Program-made: the position numbers and the translations under genes | Notes under the pieces: model-generated | Seen by the model: the letters and a program-made list of their open reading frames with translations, nothing else | Told to the model about the DNA's origin: nothing | The model's database searches: none | In this document: positions 50,344-60,629 of the stretch, one piece after another | Position numbering within the stretch: position 1 is the first letter of the stretch | Layout: every line of letters begins with the position of its first letter | From: Candidatus Atabeyarchaeum deiterrae | Lineage (GTDB): Archaea > Asgardarchaeota > Atabeyarchaeia > Atabeyarchaeales > Atabeyarchaeaceae | DNA length: 64,000 bases | Assembly (NCBI GenBank): GCA_037310415.1 | Contig: CP147780.1 | Location: forward strand, 608,001 to 672,000 | Direction of reading: 5' to 3'

Positions 50344-50574
50344 ATCACACACCGTCGGGTCCTGAAACCAGATGTTCAGAGCATGTTTTTATTGTGAGAA
50401 AATGGCTAGCATGTTTTCTTTTTACTAGACTTTCATATCTTAAGTGTGATTGTGATCAACGATGTGCCGATCCAGCGAGTGAGCATGTAACAGCCAATCT
50501 TCGCGTCCCTCTTCCTGAACGAGTACCTGCACACTCTACATGCACTCCAAGAACTAATGAATTAGATCCTGCCT

Positions 50575-52857
50575 CTATAAACTGTTCGATTGGCTTCTCA
50601 ATCCGTGCTGAGGCGATACTAAGCTGTCACGTCTCTCGTTCCTCAGAGTGACATTATCTTTGTAGATCTCGTCGAAAATCTTGGTAGTCAAATCGATGTC
50701 AATCTCGCTTCTGTTTGCTAATGTCTCAAATAGTGATCTGTATCTGCTAATCTCATTCTCAAATGCCGATTTAGAAAGAACTTCGAATTCCTTTATTGCG
50801 TTCAATGACGGTGTCTCAAATAAGTCGGTTCTGCTCCCCAATTCATCAGACGATGGATCCCACCTAAAGATGTCCAGCAACTGGACAGAATTAGATGAAA
50901 AGTCGATCATTCCAGTGGTTTGTTCATCCTTTTTTACTTCACATATTCTGACAACTTTGCGCCTCTCGATTGATTCGAGACCGATGCCAACTTTCTTCAT
51001 GTGGATTATTATGCCTATCTGATTAAGACATATAGGGGGTATTTTGTGGTGAATGACCCATCTCAGAATCGCTTGCTCAACTGAGCCGGCATGGCACGTT
51101 TGTAGACCCGTTAACCCCGCAGAGAGAGCGTGAAACATGGCTCTACTATGTGATGCCGTCTGGATTTCGCCCAAATATATTACGTCAGGCGTTCTGTGCA
51201 GAAGAGAGATGATCTCTCTACCTTTGCTTCTAAGCCCCTTTGCCTCCTCAAAGGGCTCGACTCTGAGTCGCACTTGGTGTTTTCCGAGGTCTCTTTGAGG
51301 AATACTCTCAATTGCATCTTCTATCGTTATTTTCCTCCAGTTTGGAGGAGTGAGTAGGTCAAGTGCATTCGCAATCGTTGTCTTTCCTGATCCAGGCTCT
51401 CCCACTGCGACTATGTTTGTTTTTCTCAGGATACAGAAGTAAAGGTATGCAGCTGCCTCTGACGACAATGTCCCGTTTCTTATCAAAGAGATCAAGGATA
51501 GACGTTTCATATCCAACTTTCTTATGTCAAGATGAAACCCGTCTGCGGCTAGAGGTGAAATGTCTATGGATGCTCTTACTGTGAACTTCTTAGTCGCTAT
51601 CTCAGTTTTAATAGACGGGTTCAGGCGATCGAGTCGGAAACCACTTTCTGCTCTCACCCTCGTTTCGATTCTTTTGAGCTCCGAAGCCGATAGTGTTATG
51701 CTAGTTCTGCATCGTCCTCTAACTCTATGATCCAAGTACACGGAGCTGCCTGGTTGGTCGATGAAGAACTCCTCGACTTGTTCATCAATTAGGAAAGGCG
51801 CGATTGACTCAATTCCAATTGACATGTAACAACACAGTTCTGCTATTGAGGACGAGACATCCCCTGCAAGTTCTGGATATCTCTCTCGTATGAGTTTCAG
51901 GGCTTCCCGTTCCCTTGTTCGCATTAGCTCACTTAGACTTAGAAATGTGTGGCTTGAGGTAATGTTGGGGGTATCCCTTATCTCTGCCGTGATCTCTCCA
52001 ACGATTGTGCGCAGACTGTCGTCCTTGTCGATCAAGGAGCATACTGTATACAGATTCTCGCATCGATTCTGATCGACCGATATAGTTACAGTGAACGGAC
52101 CGACTTCATATTCTTCGGCTGGTGTGAATCCCTTAACTGATTGCGCTTTTTCCGAAGAACGTATTCTAGGCACAATGATTGGCTGAAAGAAGTGACCATA
52201 CACTGTCTCCCTTTCATTTTCACTGTAACCTGATTTCTGTTCCAGGAACTTGGATATCAAGGTTGATTTGAGAAGATGTCGCTTTGCTGACTCTAGGAAA
52301 TTGAAGTATGTTTTCCAGCATGGAAGTCGCAATCGTTTCATTCTCTCCCATGACCGCTTCTCACCTAGGATACCTATGTAACTTCCAATAGGATCGCCAC
52401 TCAGATCTTCTTCCCCGAATGTTTCATTGGCAATTACCCTTCGCTTCTTTGGGCACGCTTTGTGACTTTGGCATCTACAACTGGAGATGCTTCTGCTCAA
52501 TTCATCGAGTTCCAGACCGATCTTGTTCACAATTTCAGAAATTTCGTTTATCATCTGTGTCTGATTATGAGTGTACAGTCTTGTTTTAGAAGATGAGATT
52601 ATCGCGATCTCGTCCACTGCTCCTCCCGCAACTCTGGTTCTGAGATGGTTCACTATGCGGGTGAGGCAGGCACGATTGGCTGACGGATCAGGGATCGCCG
52701 AATAACCTGCGCAGATGCTGTCCTCGGGTTTTCTACATAAGACTAGGAGTCTTTTGTCTCTGGGCTGAACTCGGTTCCCTTCACTAGTCTTGTCTTTTAC
52801 TGTTATTCTACAATAGTGTTGTCTACTCACCAATTTGATCATGCTCTGCAAGATCAT
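50575..52857 (-). CDS. Type II/IV secretion (VirB11/TadA/FlaI-like) ATPase
   Basis: GEPGSGKTT, ITIEDAIE, PDVIYLGEI and TCHA motifs. Confidence 0.9.
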   Translation of the reverse strand: MILQSMIKLVSRQHYCRITVKDKTSEGNRVQPRDKRLLVLCRKPEDSICAGYSAIPDPSANRACLTRIVNHLRTRVAGGAVDEIAIISSSKTRLYTHNQTQMINEISEIVNKIGLELDELSRSISSCRCQSHKACPKKRRVIANETFGEEDLSGDPIGSYIGILGEKRSWERMKRLRLPCWKTYFNFLESAKRHLLKSTLISKFLEQKSGYSENERETVYGHFFQPIIVPRIRSSEKAQSVKGFTPAEEYEVGPFTVTISVDQNRCENLYTVCSLIDKDDSLRTIVGEITAEIRDTPNITSSHTFLSLSELMRTREREALKLIRERYPELAGDVSSSIAELCCYMSIGIESIAPFLIDEQVEEFFIDQPGSSVYLDHRVRGRCRTSITLSASELKRIETRVRAESGFRLDRLNPSIKTEIATKKFTVRASIDISPLAADGFHLDIRKLDMKRLSLISLIRNGTLSSEAAAYLYFCILRKTNIVAVGEPGSGKTTIANALDLLTPPNWRKITIEDAIESIPQRDLGKHQVRLRVEPFEEAKGLRSKGREIISLLHRTPDVIYLGEIQTASHSRAMFHALSAGLTGLQTCHAGSVEQAILRWVIHHKIPPICLNQIGIIIHMKKVGIGLESIERRKVVRICEVKKDEQTTGMIDFSSNSVQLLDIFRWDPSSDELGSRTDLFETPSLNAIKEFEVLSKSAFENEISRYRSLFETLANRSEIDIDLTTKIFDEIYKDNVTLRNERRDSLVSPQHGLRSQSNSL

Positions 52858-53908
52858 TTGAGAAGACGGAAGGTTGGCTTTGCTGCTTCCCGTCAGAAAG
52901 GATGCAATGCTTCTTGAGGAGGGAGCAGAAGTGGTCTCTCAGACTATACTCAGCCGTACCCGTTGCATTTGCAAGCGTTCGTTGCGTCAGAACAGGTTTC
53001 GTACCCCTCTCTTGCGATAGCCTCCTGTCTGCGGCGTATACGGTTGAAGCGGCTAAGATGAATGGATTGCGGCCTCCCCTTGCTGCCATACTCATAACCC
53101 TGAAAATCGACAGGGCAATAGACAGGATGGTCGATTGATATTCTCCCACGTTCAACTTCGCATCATCCAACTTACGTCGTATTTCTGGTTGAACGACGAC
53201 GCTGGAAAGGATTCTGTTGAGATATTCCTCGCTTCTTCTGACGTGCAATCCAGTTCCCAGTCTGCTCTGAAGTGTGGGTAGTTCTCTTACCACGCTTCTC
53301 ACATTCACTCTGTGACCCAAACCTCTGAACACTTGAGTTAGTTCTTGGATGGTGATGGGTGCGCATTCCTTGAACTCTCTTACAGCTATGAAAAGGCATG
53401 TTGCTACGGTTATTAGCCTGTTACTTATTTCTTGGCGCAGTTTGGAAGAGGTGATCTTTCTGTAGTAATAGGCTGCCCTGTTTCTGACATTGTCGGACAG
53501 CCGTAATAGAACGGAGGCTCGATTGAGGATACGTAGTGCATTGTAGTCCGTTTCCCTCTTATCTGTGCGAGACTTCAGGTCATAATTGTATTTTAATCTT
53601 CGGAACAATGCTTGGTTCTTTGATGAAAGCGGTTGGCCCTGAGAATCGCAGAAATAGCTCTTATTGTGATAGTCAATGTAGCTGCCGAGACTGTCGACTA
53701 TGTGTAACCTGTTCCCAAGCGAAGAATGGGATCTCTCGCCATTACCAAGGGTGTCAATCAGATATGAACAAGTGCTGTACTCTGGTTGCATCAATTCATC
53801 TGAAACCACGAGTCCGCATTTGCTGCAGACATACTCTCCGTTTTCCAAGAGTATTTTACCTTGGCATTCAACGCACCTGTCTCTTTGTTCAGGAAACTCA
53901 GCTGTCAA
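52823..53908 (-). CDS. tfb: Divergent transcription initiation factor IIB
   Basis: Zn ribbon CVEC...VCSKCGLV and two cyclin repeats (GRNP..LAA). Confidence 0.85.
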   Translation of the reverse strand: MTAEFPEQRDRCVECQGKILLENGEYVCSKCGLVVSDELMQPEYSTCSYLIDTLGNGERSHSSLGNRLHIVDSLGSYIDYHNKSYFCDSQGQPLSSKNQALFRRLKYNYDLKSRTDKRETDYNALRILNRASVLLRLSDNVRNRAAYYYRKITSSKLRQEISNRLITVATCLFIAVREFKECAPITIQELTQVFRGLGHRVNVRSVVRELPTLQSRLGTGLHVRRSEEYLNRILSSVVVQPEIRRKLDDAKLNVGEYQSTILSIALSIFRVMSMAARGGRNPFILAASTVYAADRRLSQERGTKPVLTQRTLANATGTAEYSLRDHFCSLLKKHCILSDGKQQSQPSVFSNDLAEHDQIGE

Positions 53909-54064
53909 TCTGTTTCTTCACCAACAGAGTGATCGGAGTTGTTCCTGCTAATCCTTATTGGGGAAAACGAGTAAGATGTAAGTTACAGTTGGTCACTTCA
54001 AAAGGTAATAGAATAGCAATAGGACGACGCTGAGAACTTTGATTGGCTCTGCCTTTCTCGTGCA

Positions 54065-54240
54065 ATAGCGCCTTTCTGATGAGTGCGATTCTCCAGACTA
54101 TAACGATTGAGGTTCCGTACCTTTCAGCTGGGATCATGATAAGAGGACAGTTACCCTCTGATCATGCGATTGAGTGCCATAGCTTCCTGCATGAATGCAT
54201 GAGCATGATTCTGGGAGCAAGCCGAGGAACTAGGCGCAAT
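54065..54240 (+). ncRNA. Candidate structured K-turn-containing ncRNA
   Basis: Terminal stem GCGCCT/AGGCGC, TGATGA opposite CCGA, nested stems and a long internal hairpin. Confidence 0.4.
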
Positions 54241-54301
54241 CTGTTATAGGTGCTGAAGGGTTGAAGTGATAGGGTTCTCGCAGATAGCTTTATAGATTAG
54301 G

Positions 54302-54763
54302 ATGATCTTTCATGTCGAAGGAGGAATCACAATGCCAGAAGATGCGGCCGTGAGAGGTTTCTTCAAAGAACTGGCTTCTCTTATAGGATCTGCAGTTGTG
54401 GCTACTACAACCGGTGGAAAAACTTACTCCGGCGAATTGAAAGGTTACGATCCTAACTCTTTGAGCGTATGCTTGGCGGGTGCCAAGGACAACGAGGGAA
54501 AGAATTTTCACAGACTGATAATTAACGGCTCAATTATTAGAGAAATAATCAAGGCTGAGGAGCCATTCGATTTAAGGACTCTCGCAAACGAGATTCAAAG
54601 AATATTCCCTCCGGGGGAGGTCAAATACTTGGAAGAGGCCCGCGTGATCCAAGTTCTTGACAAAATCAAAGTCACCGAGTCAGGGGTTGAGGGTTCAGGT
54701 CCTCTTACAGAAAGAGTAAAGATGATCTATGATAAGTTCATTCAAGAGAGAAGCAGGAAGTAA
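54302..54763 (+). CDS. Lsm family RNA-binding protein (SmAP3-like)
   Basis: Sm fold plus C-terminal domain (FDLR.LA..I..IFP...KIKVTESGVEGSGP). Confidence 0.88.
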   Translation: MIFHVEGGITMPEDAAVRGFFKELASLIGSAVVATTTGGKTYSGELKGYDPNSLSVCLAGAKDNEGKNFHRLIINGSIIREIIKAEEPFDLRTLANEIQRIFPPGEVKYLEEARVIQVLDKIKVTESGVEGSGPLTERVKMIYDKFIQERSRK

Positions 54764-54813
54764 TGCAAGAGGGTTCCATCTATTCACGGGCAAGACAGGA
54801 TTGTGCTTGTGTT

Positions 54814-55572
54814 TCAGGTTGCCTTATCTGCTCTTGAATGTTTGCCTGTCCCTGTACGCCTAGCTGCAATAAGCCCTACTTTGGCCCCTGGAGGGGCGTT
54901 TCTGGAAACTGTGGTTGGTGCTCCTTCATGTTGGTGTTGCCCTCCACCATGCGGGTGGGCTACTGGATTCATGGCAACTCCTCTTACTATGGGCCACTTC
55001 CAAGCTTTGGAAAGGGAAAGATGGTACTTCTTACCAGCCTTAACAAAAGGTTTTTCTATTCTGCCTCCGCCAGCTACGATGCCGATAGTTGCTCTGCACG
55101 ACGGGTTGAAAGTCTTCATCGCGCCTGACGGGAGTTGTACAAGGGTCCCAGCATTAGTGTGGGTGATTACGGATCCATAGGTTCCAGAGGATCTTATGTA
55201 CTTGCCTCCGTCACCCGGCTCTCCTTCGATATTGAAAACGGGGGTCCCCTCTGGCACGATTGAGAGAGGTAGAACATCTCCTTGCGAGAGGGTTTTCCGC
55301 GCTGAGGAGGAGCTTCCAACAGTTATAGGTTGATTCAACCGAAGACCTTCACATGCTGGAAGAAGCACTTGAGTCCCATCATCGAATCTCACCATCGCGA
55401 GGGGTGCACCCCTACCTGGATCGTGAAGAATATCCTTCACATGTCCCCTAAGGTAGGACGCTTCGCCTCCATGAAGAGGTGGGTATTTCGCTTCGCCGAG
55501 ACGTCTATGGGTAGGCGATCGGAATGTTGAAGTTCCTCTACCCTTCCGTTGCACAAGGATTTTCTTGCCCGT
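54814..55572 (-). CDS. rpl2: 50S ribosomal protein L2 (probable ACG start)
   Basis: (M)GKKILVQRKGRG, HDPGRGAP and WPIVRGVAMNPVAHPHGGG motifs. Confidence 0.97.
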   Translation of the reverse strand, partial: TGKKILVQRKGRGTSTFRSPTHRRLGEAKYPPLHGGEASYLRGHVKDILHDPGRGAPLAMVRFDDGTQVLLPACEGLRLNQPITVGSSSSARKTLSQGDVLPLSIVPEGTPVFNIEGEPGDGGKYIRSSGTYGSVITHTNAGTLVQLPSGAMKTFNPSCRATIGIVAGGGRIEKPFVKAGKKYHLSLSKAWKWPIVRGVAMNPVAHPHGGGQHQHEGAPTTVSRNAPPGAKVGLIAARRTGTGKHSRADKAT

Positions 55573-55606
55573 GTTGGAACACCCTCATTCTGCTACTTTC
55601 TCAGAT

Positions 55607-55867
55607 CTAGAATACGCCAAGCTTCGTAGCGATATCGCTGGCCTTGAATTCAGGTCTTAGAGTGATGTATGCTTTCTTTTCCCCTGTAGGAAGGATCGTC
55701 GTGTTAACTTTCATTACCTTGATTGCGTAGAGTCTTTCTATTGCCCTACGGATCATGTGCTTATTGGCCTTTCGGGCCACTATGAAAACTAATTTGTTTT
55801 CCCGCTCGATAGTTTCAAGGGCCGCTTCCGTGATTACAAGTCTCATGATCAAGTCTTCGCTGGTCAT
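55607..55867 (-). CDS. rpl23: 50S ribosomal protein L23
   Basis: ENKLVFIV...KVNT...GEKKAYITL. Confidence 0.96.
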   Translation of the reverse strand: MTSEDLIMRLVITEAALETIERENKLVFIVARKANKHMIRRAIERLYAIKVMKVNTTILPTGEKKAYITLRPEFKASDIATKLGVF

Positions 55868-56670
55868 TGATTACCACCGCTACTTAGCCAATCAAGCGTC
55901 TTCAATCTGCTTAATGCTGACTCTGACCAGATAGTGAGTCGCCCTGGATGTGTACCTGGTGCCAGGTCTTCCACGCCCAGGTTTGAAACTGAGACGACGT
56001 GGATACCTAGATTCCTCATACCTTTGATTTTTGAGCCTGGTTTCGATACTACCATCAAAGGACCACACGGTACCTTGTACTTTCTTCCTCTTCTTTTGCC
56101 CAGACCGCTTCTGACTTTCTTGCCATCCAGAACCCGCATTACGTCGGTCCATACGCCGAATTTCATTAAAGCTGCTTTTGCTTCTTGTGTCGAATTAACA
56201 CTCTCAATTTCGTCTACGCAGATTATAGGTAAGATCTTCACCTTATCATCAATCAGATGCCCGCGTCTCTTCACAGATTCCATTTCGCTTGTTAGAGCTA
56301 TTGCTGATCTTAATGCCAGCCGTCGCTCTTTCTTATTGATGAATTCTTTGACGCGCTTTTCCACCCGAGGCGGATGAGTCAGTCTGCCCCCTACTGTCAT
56401 GGGAGCGAAAGCTCCAGCCATCGCTTCTGGGTGAGAGGTTCCTCTTTTTCTAGGTACCCTTGCTAGATGCATGCCAGGTCCGCGAGAGTATGCAGTTGTT
56501 CTTTTGCCCGCCATTGGATCGACTCCATGGTGATGGAATCGAGCGGAGGCTGAGGATAAGACTGCTCTTTGGATCAAGTCTGGCCTTGGGGGTGTTTCAA
56601 AGACTTCTGGGAGCGTTATTCTTCTCACTGGGTTGCCTTCCAAATCTAGAACACTCACCGTCTTTGCCAT
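55864..56670 (-). CDS. rpl4: 50S ribosomal protein L4
   Basis: RPDLI, ARVPR and LAPGTHPGRLTIW motifs. Confidence 0.96.
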   Translation of the reverse strand: MAKTVSVLDLEGNPVRRITLPEVFETPPRPDLIQRAVLSSASARFHHHGVDPMAGKRTTAYSRGPGMHLARVPRKRGTSHPEAMAGAFAPMTVGGRLTHPPRVEKRVKEFINKKERRLALRSAIALTSEMESVKRRGHLIDDKVKILPIICVDEIESVNSTQEAKAALMKFGVWTDVMRVLDGKKVRSGLGKRRGRKYKVPCGPLMVVSKPGSKIKGMRNLGIHVVSVSNLGVEDLAPGTHPGRLTIWSESALSRLKTLDWLSSGGNQ

Positions 56671-56692
56671 CTATAACTCCTCCTAGAGTTTG

Positions 56693-57697
56693 CTATTCTG
56701 TTGCTGTGTTGTGGATGTGTAAGATGTGTGGTGCTGCTTCAGCGCCTTTTGGGCTGCCTCTTATCGGGAATCGCAGCTTAATGAGTCGCCTGGTTTCGCC
56801 TGGAACAGAGCCTTGGAAGAGCACATAGTCTCCCTTTACTACTCCGTACCTATTAATTCCCCCTCTAGCTGTAATCTCTTCCCCTCGGTCGCCCAGCTTC
56901 AAAATGCGCTTGTTGAATTCGACCCGATGATGATATCCGGTCTGCCCGGCTCTCGGAACAGTGTACATAACACTATGCGGACTGATAGGTCCAAGTGTTC
57001 CCACACCTCGGACAGTTTTCCTAGACTTCTTTTGGAGAACCTTCACGTTCCATCTTTTTACGGGTCCTTGGAATCCCTTACCCTTCGAGACTGCGATTAC
57101 GTCGACAAGGCCACCCTCTTTGAAAATGTCACGGATTCTAATTTCCTTGCCAAGAAGGGTTTTTGCATACTTGATTTGCTCCGAGATTGAGCCTCCACCG
57201 ACTTCGACCTCCATTACTACTGGTTTCTTTGAAGAAACTCCTGCCAGCCTTGGTTGGGTATGTGCCACTACTCTGATAGTATCCACATTGGTCAAGTCTG
57301 CGCTCAATTTTGCCAGCTTTTCTTCGGTCTTGGTATCTGAAGGCATCGGGAAATTACGTGAGAGATCCTCCTTCAAGTTCTTCGACCAGATCTCGTGTTT
57401 GCATCTTAGTCCATATGGAGTATGAATGTAGGCTCTCACTCCGCAAACAACTATTGGAGGACAATCTATGATAGTGGCTGCAACTTCCACTTCCCGTCCT
57501 CGCAATGGACTATGCGGGGCATCCTCCATTAGAATCACATGCGTCATACCAGCTTTGTAGCCAGCGAATCCTAATACTAAGGGCTCACCTGTGCGCGTCG
57601 GCCAGGTTCTGATACGTCCCCAAGGTTTAGATGCCCTTTTTCTAGGGAGATAGGCGAGCGAACCATGTTTGGGGGCGTGTTGTTTTCTATGTCCCAT
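56693..57697 (-). CDS. rpl3: 50S ribosomal protein L3
   Basis: HGSLAYLPRKRA, GYKAGMTH and KGKGFQGPVKRW motifs. Confidence 0.97.
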   Translation of the reverse strand: MGHRKQHAPKHGSLAYLPRKRASKPWGRIRTWPTRTGEPLVLGFAGYKAGMTHVILMEDAPHSPLRGREVEVAATIIDCPPIVVCGVRAYIHTPYGLRCKHEIWSKNLKEDLSRNFPMPSDTKTEEKLAKLSADLTNVDTIRVVAHTQPRLAGVSSKKPVVMEVEVGGGSISEQIKYAKTLLGKEIRIRDIFKEGGLVDVIAVSKGKGFQGPVKRWNVKVLQKKSRKTVRGVGTLGPISPHSVMYTVPRAGQTGYHHRVEFNKRILKLGDRGEEITARGGINRYGVVKGDYVLFQGSVPGETRRLIKLRFPIRGSPKGAEAAPHILHIHNTATE

Positions 57698-57861
57698 CGA
57701 GGGAGCCTCCTGTAGAAATATTACCTACGAAGAAGAAATCCAAGTGATAGTGCGGCAATTACTATTTGGCTTATAAACATAAGAGCAAGTACGCTTAATT
57801 TCCTTCCTGGGTTTGGATATACTCTTAAGTTATACGTCTTATGAATCTTCCGTATGTTTTT

Positions 57862-58770
57862 TCACATAATCAAATTGATGATGGCAAGTGTTGCGTGAAT
57901 TGCTTCTTCTGTTCTTACAGTCTGCGTCCCTTGATTGGGGATCATGTTCAAGCTGTAGTCTCCGGTGGTCTCGTCTAGACTTTCTCTAGCCAGTATCTCT
58001 TCCAGTCCCTCTTTTGGAGAGCCGAAAGCAACCAGGATCTTGCTCGAGTTCTTAAGCTCTTCCTGCAGCCTCTTTAGGACATCTTTTATTGGTGAGCCAG
58101 ACCTAGACGTTAGGATGTACAGATCGAATGTTCTTCTTTTCATGAAAGTTCCTAATGTCTCCTGTAACTCAGTTACTCTGAACCCCCAGTACCCGGGAAT
58201 CTCAGAGCGACTCACCAAATCTAGCTGGACATCATCTTCGCCTTTTCTTCTGACTCGGAAGCTTTGTCTCTTCCCTTTAGGGACCTTTTCTGAGCTTCTC
58301 AATGGCCTTCCCAGCCCTGCATCTATGAGGGATCCAGTCCTATCTTGAGCAATAGCAACCCCCTCACGGAATTCGCCATCGCGTAGAGCCGCTACAAGGC
58401 TGTTGGTTGGGTGATGAAGTGTGTTCAGAGGCGGGAGAACCCCGGCGTATTTCAGTACCGGTGACAATGGAAAAAGCCTTTTCCTTAGATATTGTGGCGT
58501 CTCTACATAGCGAAGGATCTGAGAAATCATACCCATTTCGTTTTTCTGTTCTCCATGAATGAGATCTGGATAAATGAATATCTCTTCGACGCGATAGATC
58601 GCGGAAGCGCGCGCGACTTGGCCTATCTTGAAGGTTTTCAATTGGAGTCCTGGAACATCCGCAATTATGGATGCAGGTATCGCTATGCTAACATGCGGTG
58701 TCGCCAAATCAAATCCTCCCATTCTATAGACTTCTCGGGGGTATGCTTTTGAATTTGTTGTGCAAGACAT
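57862..58770 (-). CDS. SPOUT-family RNA methyltransferase (DUF171)
   Basis: ETPQYLRK, FGSPKEGL and NMIPNQGTQTVRTEEA motifs. Confidence 0.92.
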   Translation of the reverse strand: MSCTTNSKAYPREVYRMGGFDLATPHVSIAIPASIIADVPGLQLKTFKIGQVARASAIYRVEEIFIYPDLIHGEQKNEMGMISQILRYVETPQYLRKRLFPLSPVLKYAGVLPPLNTLHHPTNSLVAALRDGEFREGVAIAQDRTGSLIDAGLGRPLRSSEKVPKGKRQSFRVRRKGEDDVQLDLVSRSEIPGYWGFRVTELQETLGTFMKRRTFDLYILTSRSGSPIKDVLKRLQEELKNSSKILVAFGSPKEGLEEILARESLDETTGDYSLNMIPNQGTQTVRTEEAIHATLAIINLIM

Positions 58771-58890
58771 TATTTCGAATAAAGTAAATGCACGTAATTT
58801 GTCTGTGACTGGTAAGAGTAGACCTCAGCAAAATCCCCAAGAGAGACGATATTCCGGGTTCAGATACTGATTTCAAATGAAAGCGTTTCC

Positions 58891-59523
58891 TTATTCTATG
58901 GTTGCATGACGAGCCTTCAGATCTTCCTCTTTCTTACCGAGTCGATGCATTAGTTCAGCGATGATACCATCGAGAAAAATCATGGCAGCCACTTCAAATT
59001 GAGTTCCGAGAGGTGCAAGTGGCTCATGCTCTCCCACTATCTGTCTCGAAATGTATGAGTTCTCTTGTCTGGTCATTTTCGTTCTACCAACCACGACTAC
59101 GATTTGGTCTGCTAAGTGCCCAAGAGGAGAATCAGGGTATGAGGTGACAGCTACGACCTTAGCTTGTCTCCTTTCCTTCGCGATTTTGGAAGACATTACA
59201 ACCAGACGCGTTGTGCCCGAGCCCGATATGGCGATTACGACGTCGCCTGAGCTGAGTATTGGAACTATGGTTTCGCCAGTCACATAGACCTGATAGCCCA
59301 GATGCATTAGGCGAATAGCAAAAGCCTTGCCAACAAGACCCGAGCGACCAGCGCCTACAACTAGTATCTTCTTGTCTCTTGCCCCCATGAGAATCTCGAC
59401 AATAGCTTCAACCTGTTGTGGATTAAGCTGATCAGCAGCTCTCTTGACAGACTCTACTATCTCATCCATTCCCCTCTTTACGAAGCTTGTCCCACTATCT
59501 CCTGTCATGATGCTATCCCCCAT
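58891..59523 (-). CDS. hxlB: 6-phospho-3-hexuloisomerase
   Basis: GAGRSG, RLMHLG, ISGSGTT, PLGTQFE and C-terminal HATIE. Confidence 0.93.
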   Translation of the reverse strand: MGDSIMTGDSGTSFVKRGMDEIVESVKRAADQLNPQQVEAIVEILMGARDKKILVVGAGRSGLVGKAFAIRLMHLGYQVYVTGETIVPILSSGDVVIAISGSGTTRLVVMSSKIAKERRQAKVVAVTSYPDSPLGHLADQIVVVVGRTKMTRQENSYISRQIVGEHEPLAPLGTQFEVAAMIFLDGIIAELMHRLGKKEEDLKARHATIE

Positions 59524-59860
59524 GAGCCACAGGCATTAGAGTGACTTCGTCTCCTTCCGACAGTCTTGTACTGATTCCATCCAGTACTTCTATATCTACA
59601 TCGTTAATAAGTATTAAAATGTCGCTTCTCATCGTTTTTCTGTCCTGCTGGAACAAGTGAGCTGCCATTGTCTCTCCATACATGGTAGCAATCGATCCAA
59701 GCAAATCCCCGACTGTTGCCTCAGCTTGAACCTCAATGATAGTCTCGTTCGGAGCGACTATGTTTCTCATCGTTGACAGAAACCTTATTCTTATCTTCCT
59801 CAGTTGCGCTTCACCCAAAATCCCCAATTCCTTGAAAATCGCTATCACAAAATATCGCAT
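59513..59860 (-). CDS. MoaD/ThiS/SAMP ubiquitin-like protein
   Basis: Beta-grasp fold ending PVAHGG. Confidence 0.9.
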   Translation of the reverse strand: MRYFVIAIFKELGILGEAQLRKIRIRFLSTMRNIVAPNETIIEVQAEATVGDLLGSIATMYGETMAAHLFQQDRKTMRSDILILINDVDIEVLDGISTRLSEGDEVTLMPVAHGG

Positions 59861-60037
59861 GGGGTTGATTGAAATCTCCGGAATGAAGAGCTGGTTTCTT
59901 GGTGGGCAACAATTCTATTCACTAATTTGATCGGAGTGATTTCCTTGCACTGGATCTGGGATCGTGGAAGACCTGCAAAAAATCGATCGAACCGATACGA
60001 CTTCTGTGAACAAGTTTCGGTCTAACTGATAACCGCC

Positions 60038-60280
60038 CTACTCCATTTCTTCTTCGGAGTCCACATTTCCTTCCTCTTCGTTGTGGCTCTCCCTCGTCTT
60101 GATCCGTGCTAGGCGCGTTAGGTAACCAGCAACCCCATTTCGGACTTTCTTGGAAGGAGTTAGCAGGACATTCTTCAGTTTTTCCTTGTTGCCAGGAAAG
60201 TCCGTGTTGAAGTAGTCTGGGTACCGCGTGTAGAGATTACGTGCTGTTCGCTTGACAGTGTCTGTTTTGACTTTGCCCAT
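60038..60280 (-). CDS. rps17e: 30S ribosomal protein S17e
   Basis: MGKVKT..VKR, DF..NK and SKKVRN.VAGY motifs. Confidence 0.96.
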   Translation of the reverse strand: MGKVKTDTVKRTARNLYTRYPDYFNTDFPGNKEKLKNVLLTPSKKVRNGVAGYLTRLARIKTRESHNEEEGNVDSEEEME

Positions 60281-60489
60281 TGGAGAGCACCTATCGTGTC
60301 TTTAAGATACTTCTAGGTAATCGCTTACGAGAGAACTATCTAATATGCTTCTGCTTTTATAATTCTATCGGTCACATGGTTCATAGGAGTCTCGCCACTA
60401 TACTCGTCTGATCTTGTTTTGATCGCATTCCAAGCGCGCATAGATTGACCGAAAAGATTTTGAACTAGATATGCTATCTTTGGATTCAT

Positions 60490-60604
60490 GCTCCGGTAGT
60501 ATAGTCCGGTCAAGTATAGCGGCCTCTCGAGCCCAGATAGGGAAAGCCGCGGACCCGGGTTCGAATCTTTCTATCTTGAGGTGAAAATCCCGGCCGGAGC
60601 ACCA
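60490..60604 (+). tRNA. tRNA-Glu(CTC) with two introns (60530-60544 at 37/38; 60566-60587 at 59/60)
   Basis: BHB helices CUCU/AGGG and UUCG/UGAA; CCA encoded. Confidence 0.94.
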
Positions 60605-60629
60605 ACGCACTAGAAGTTGGCAGGAGTTC

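Noticed and set aside
54076-54230. Hammerhead ribozyme, RNase P RNA or SRP RNA
   Set aside because: CUGAUGA has no matching GAAA core, and the RNase P P4 and SRP helix-8 consensus motifs were not found.
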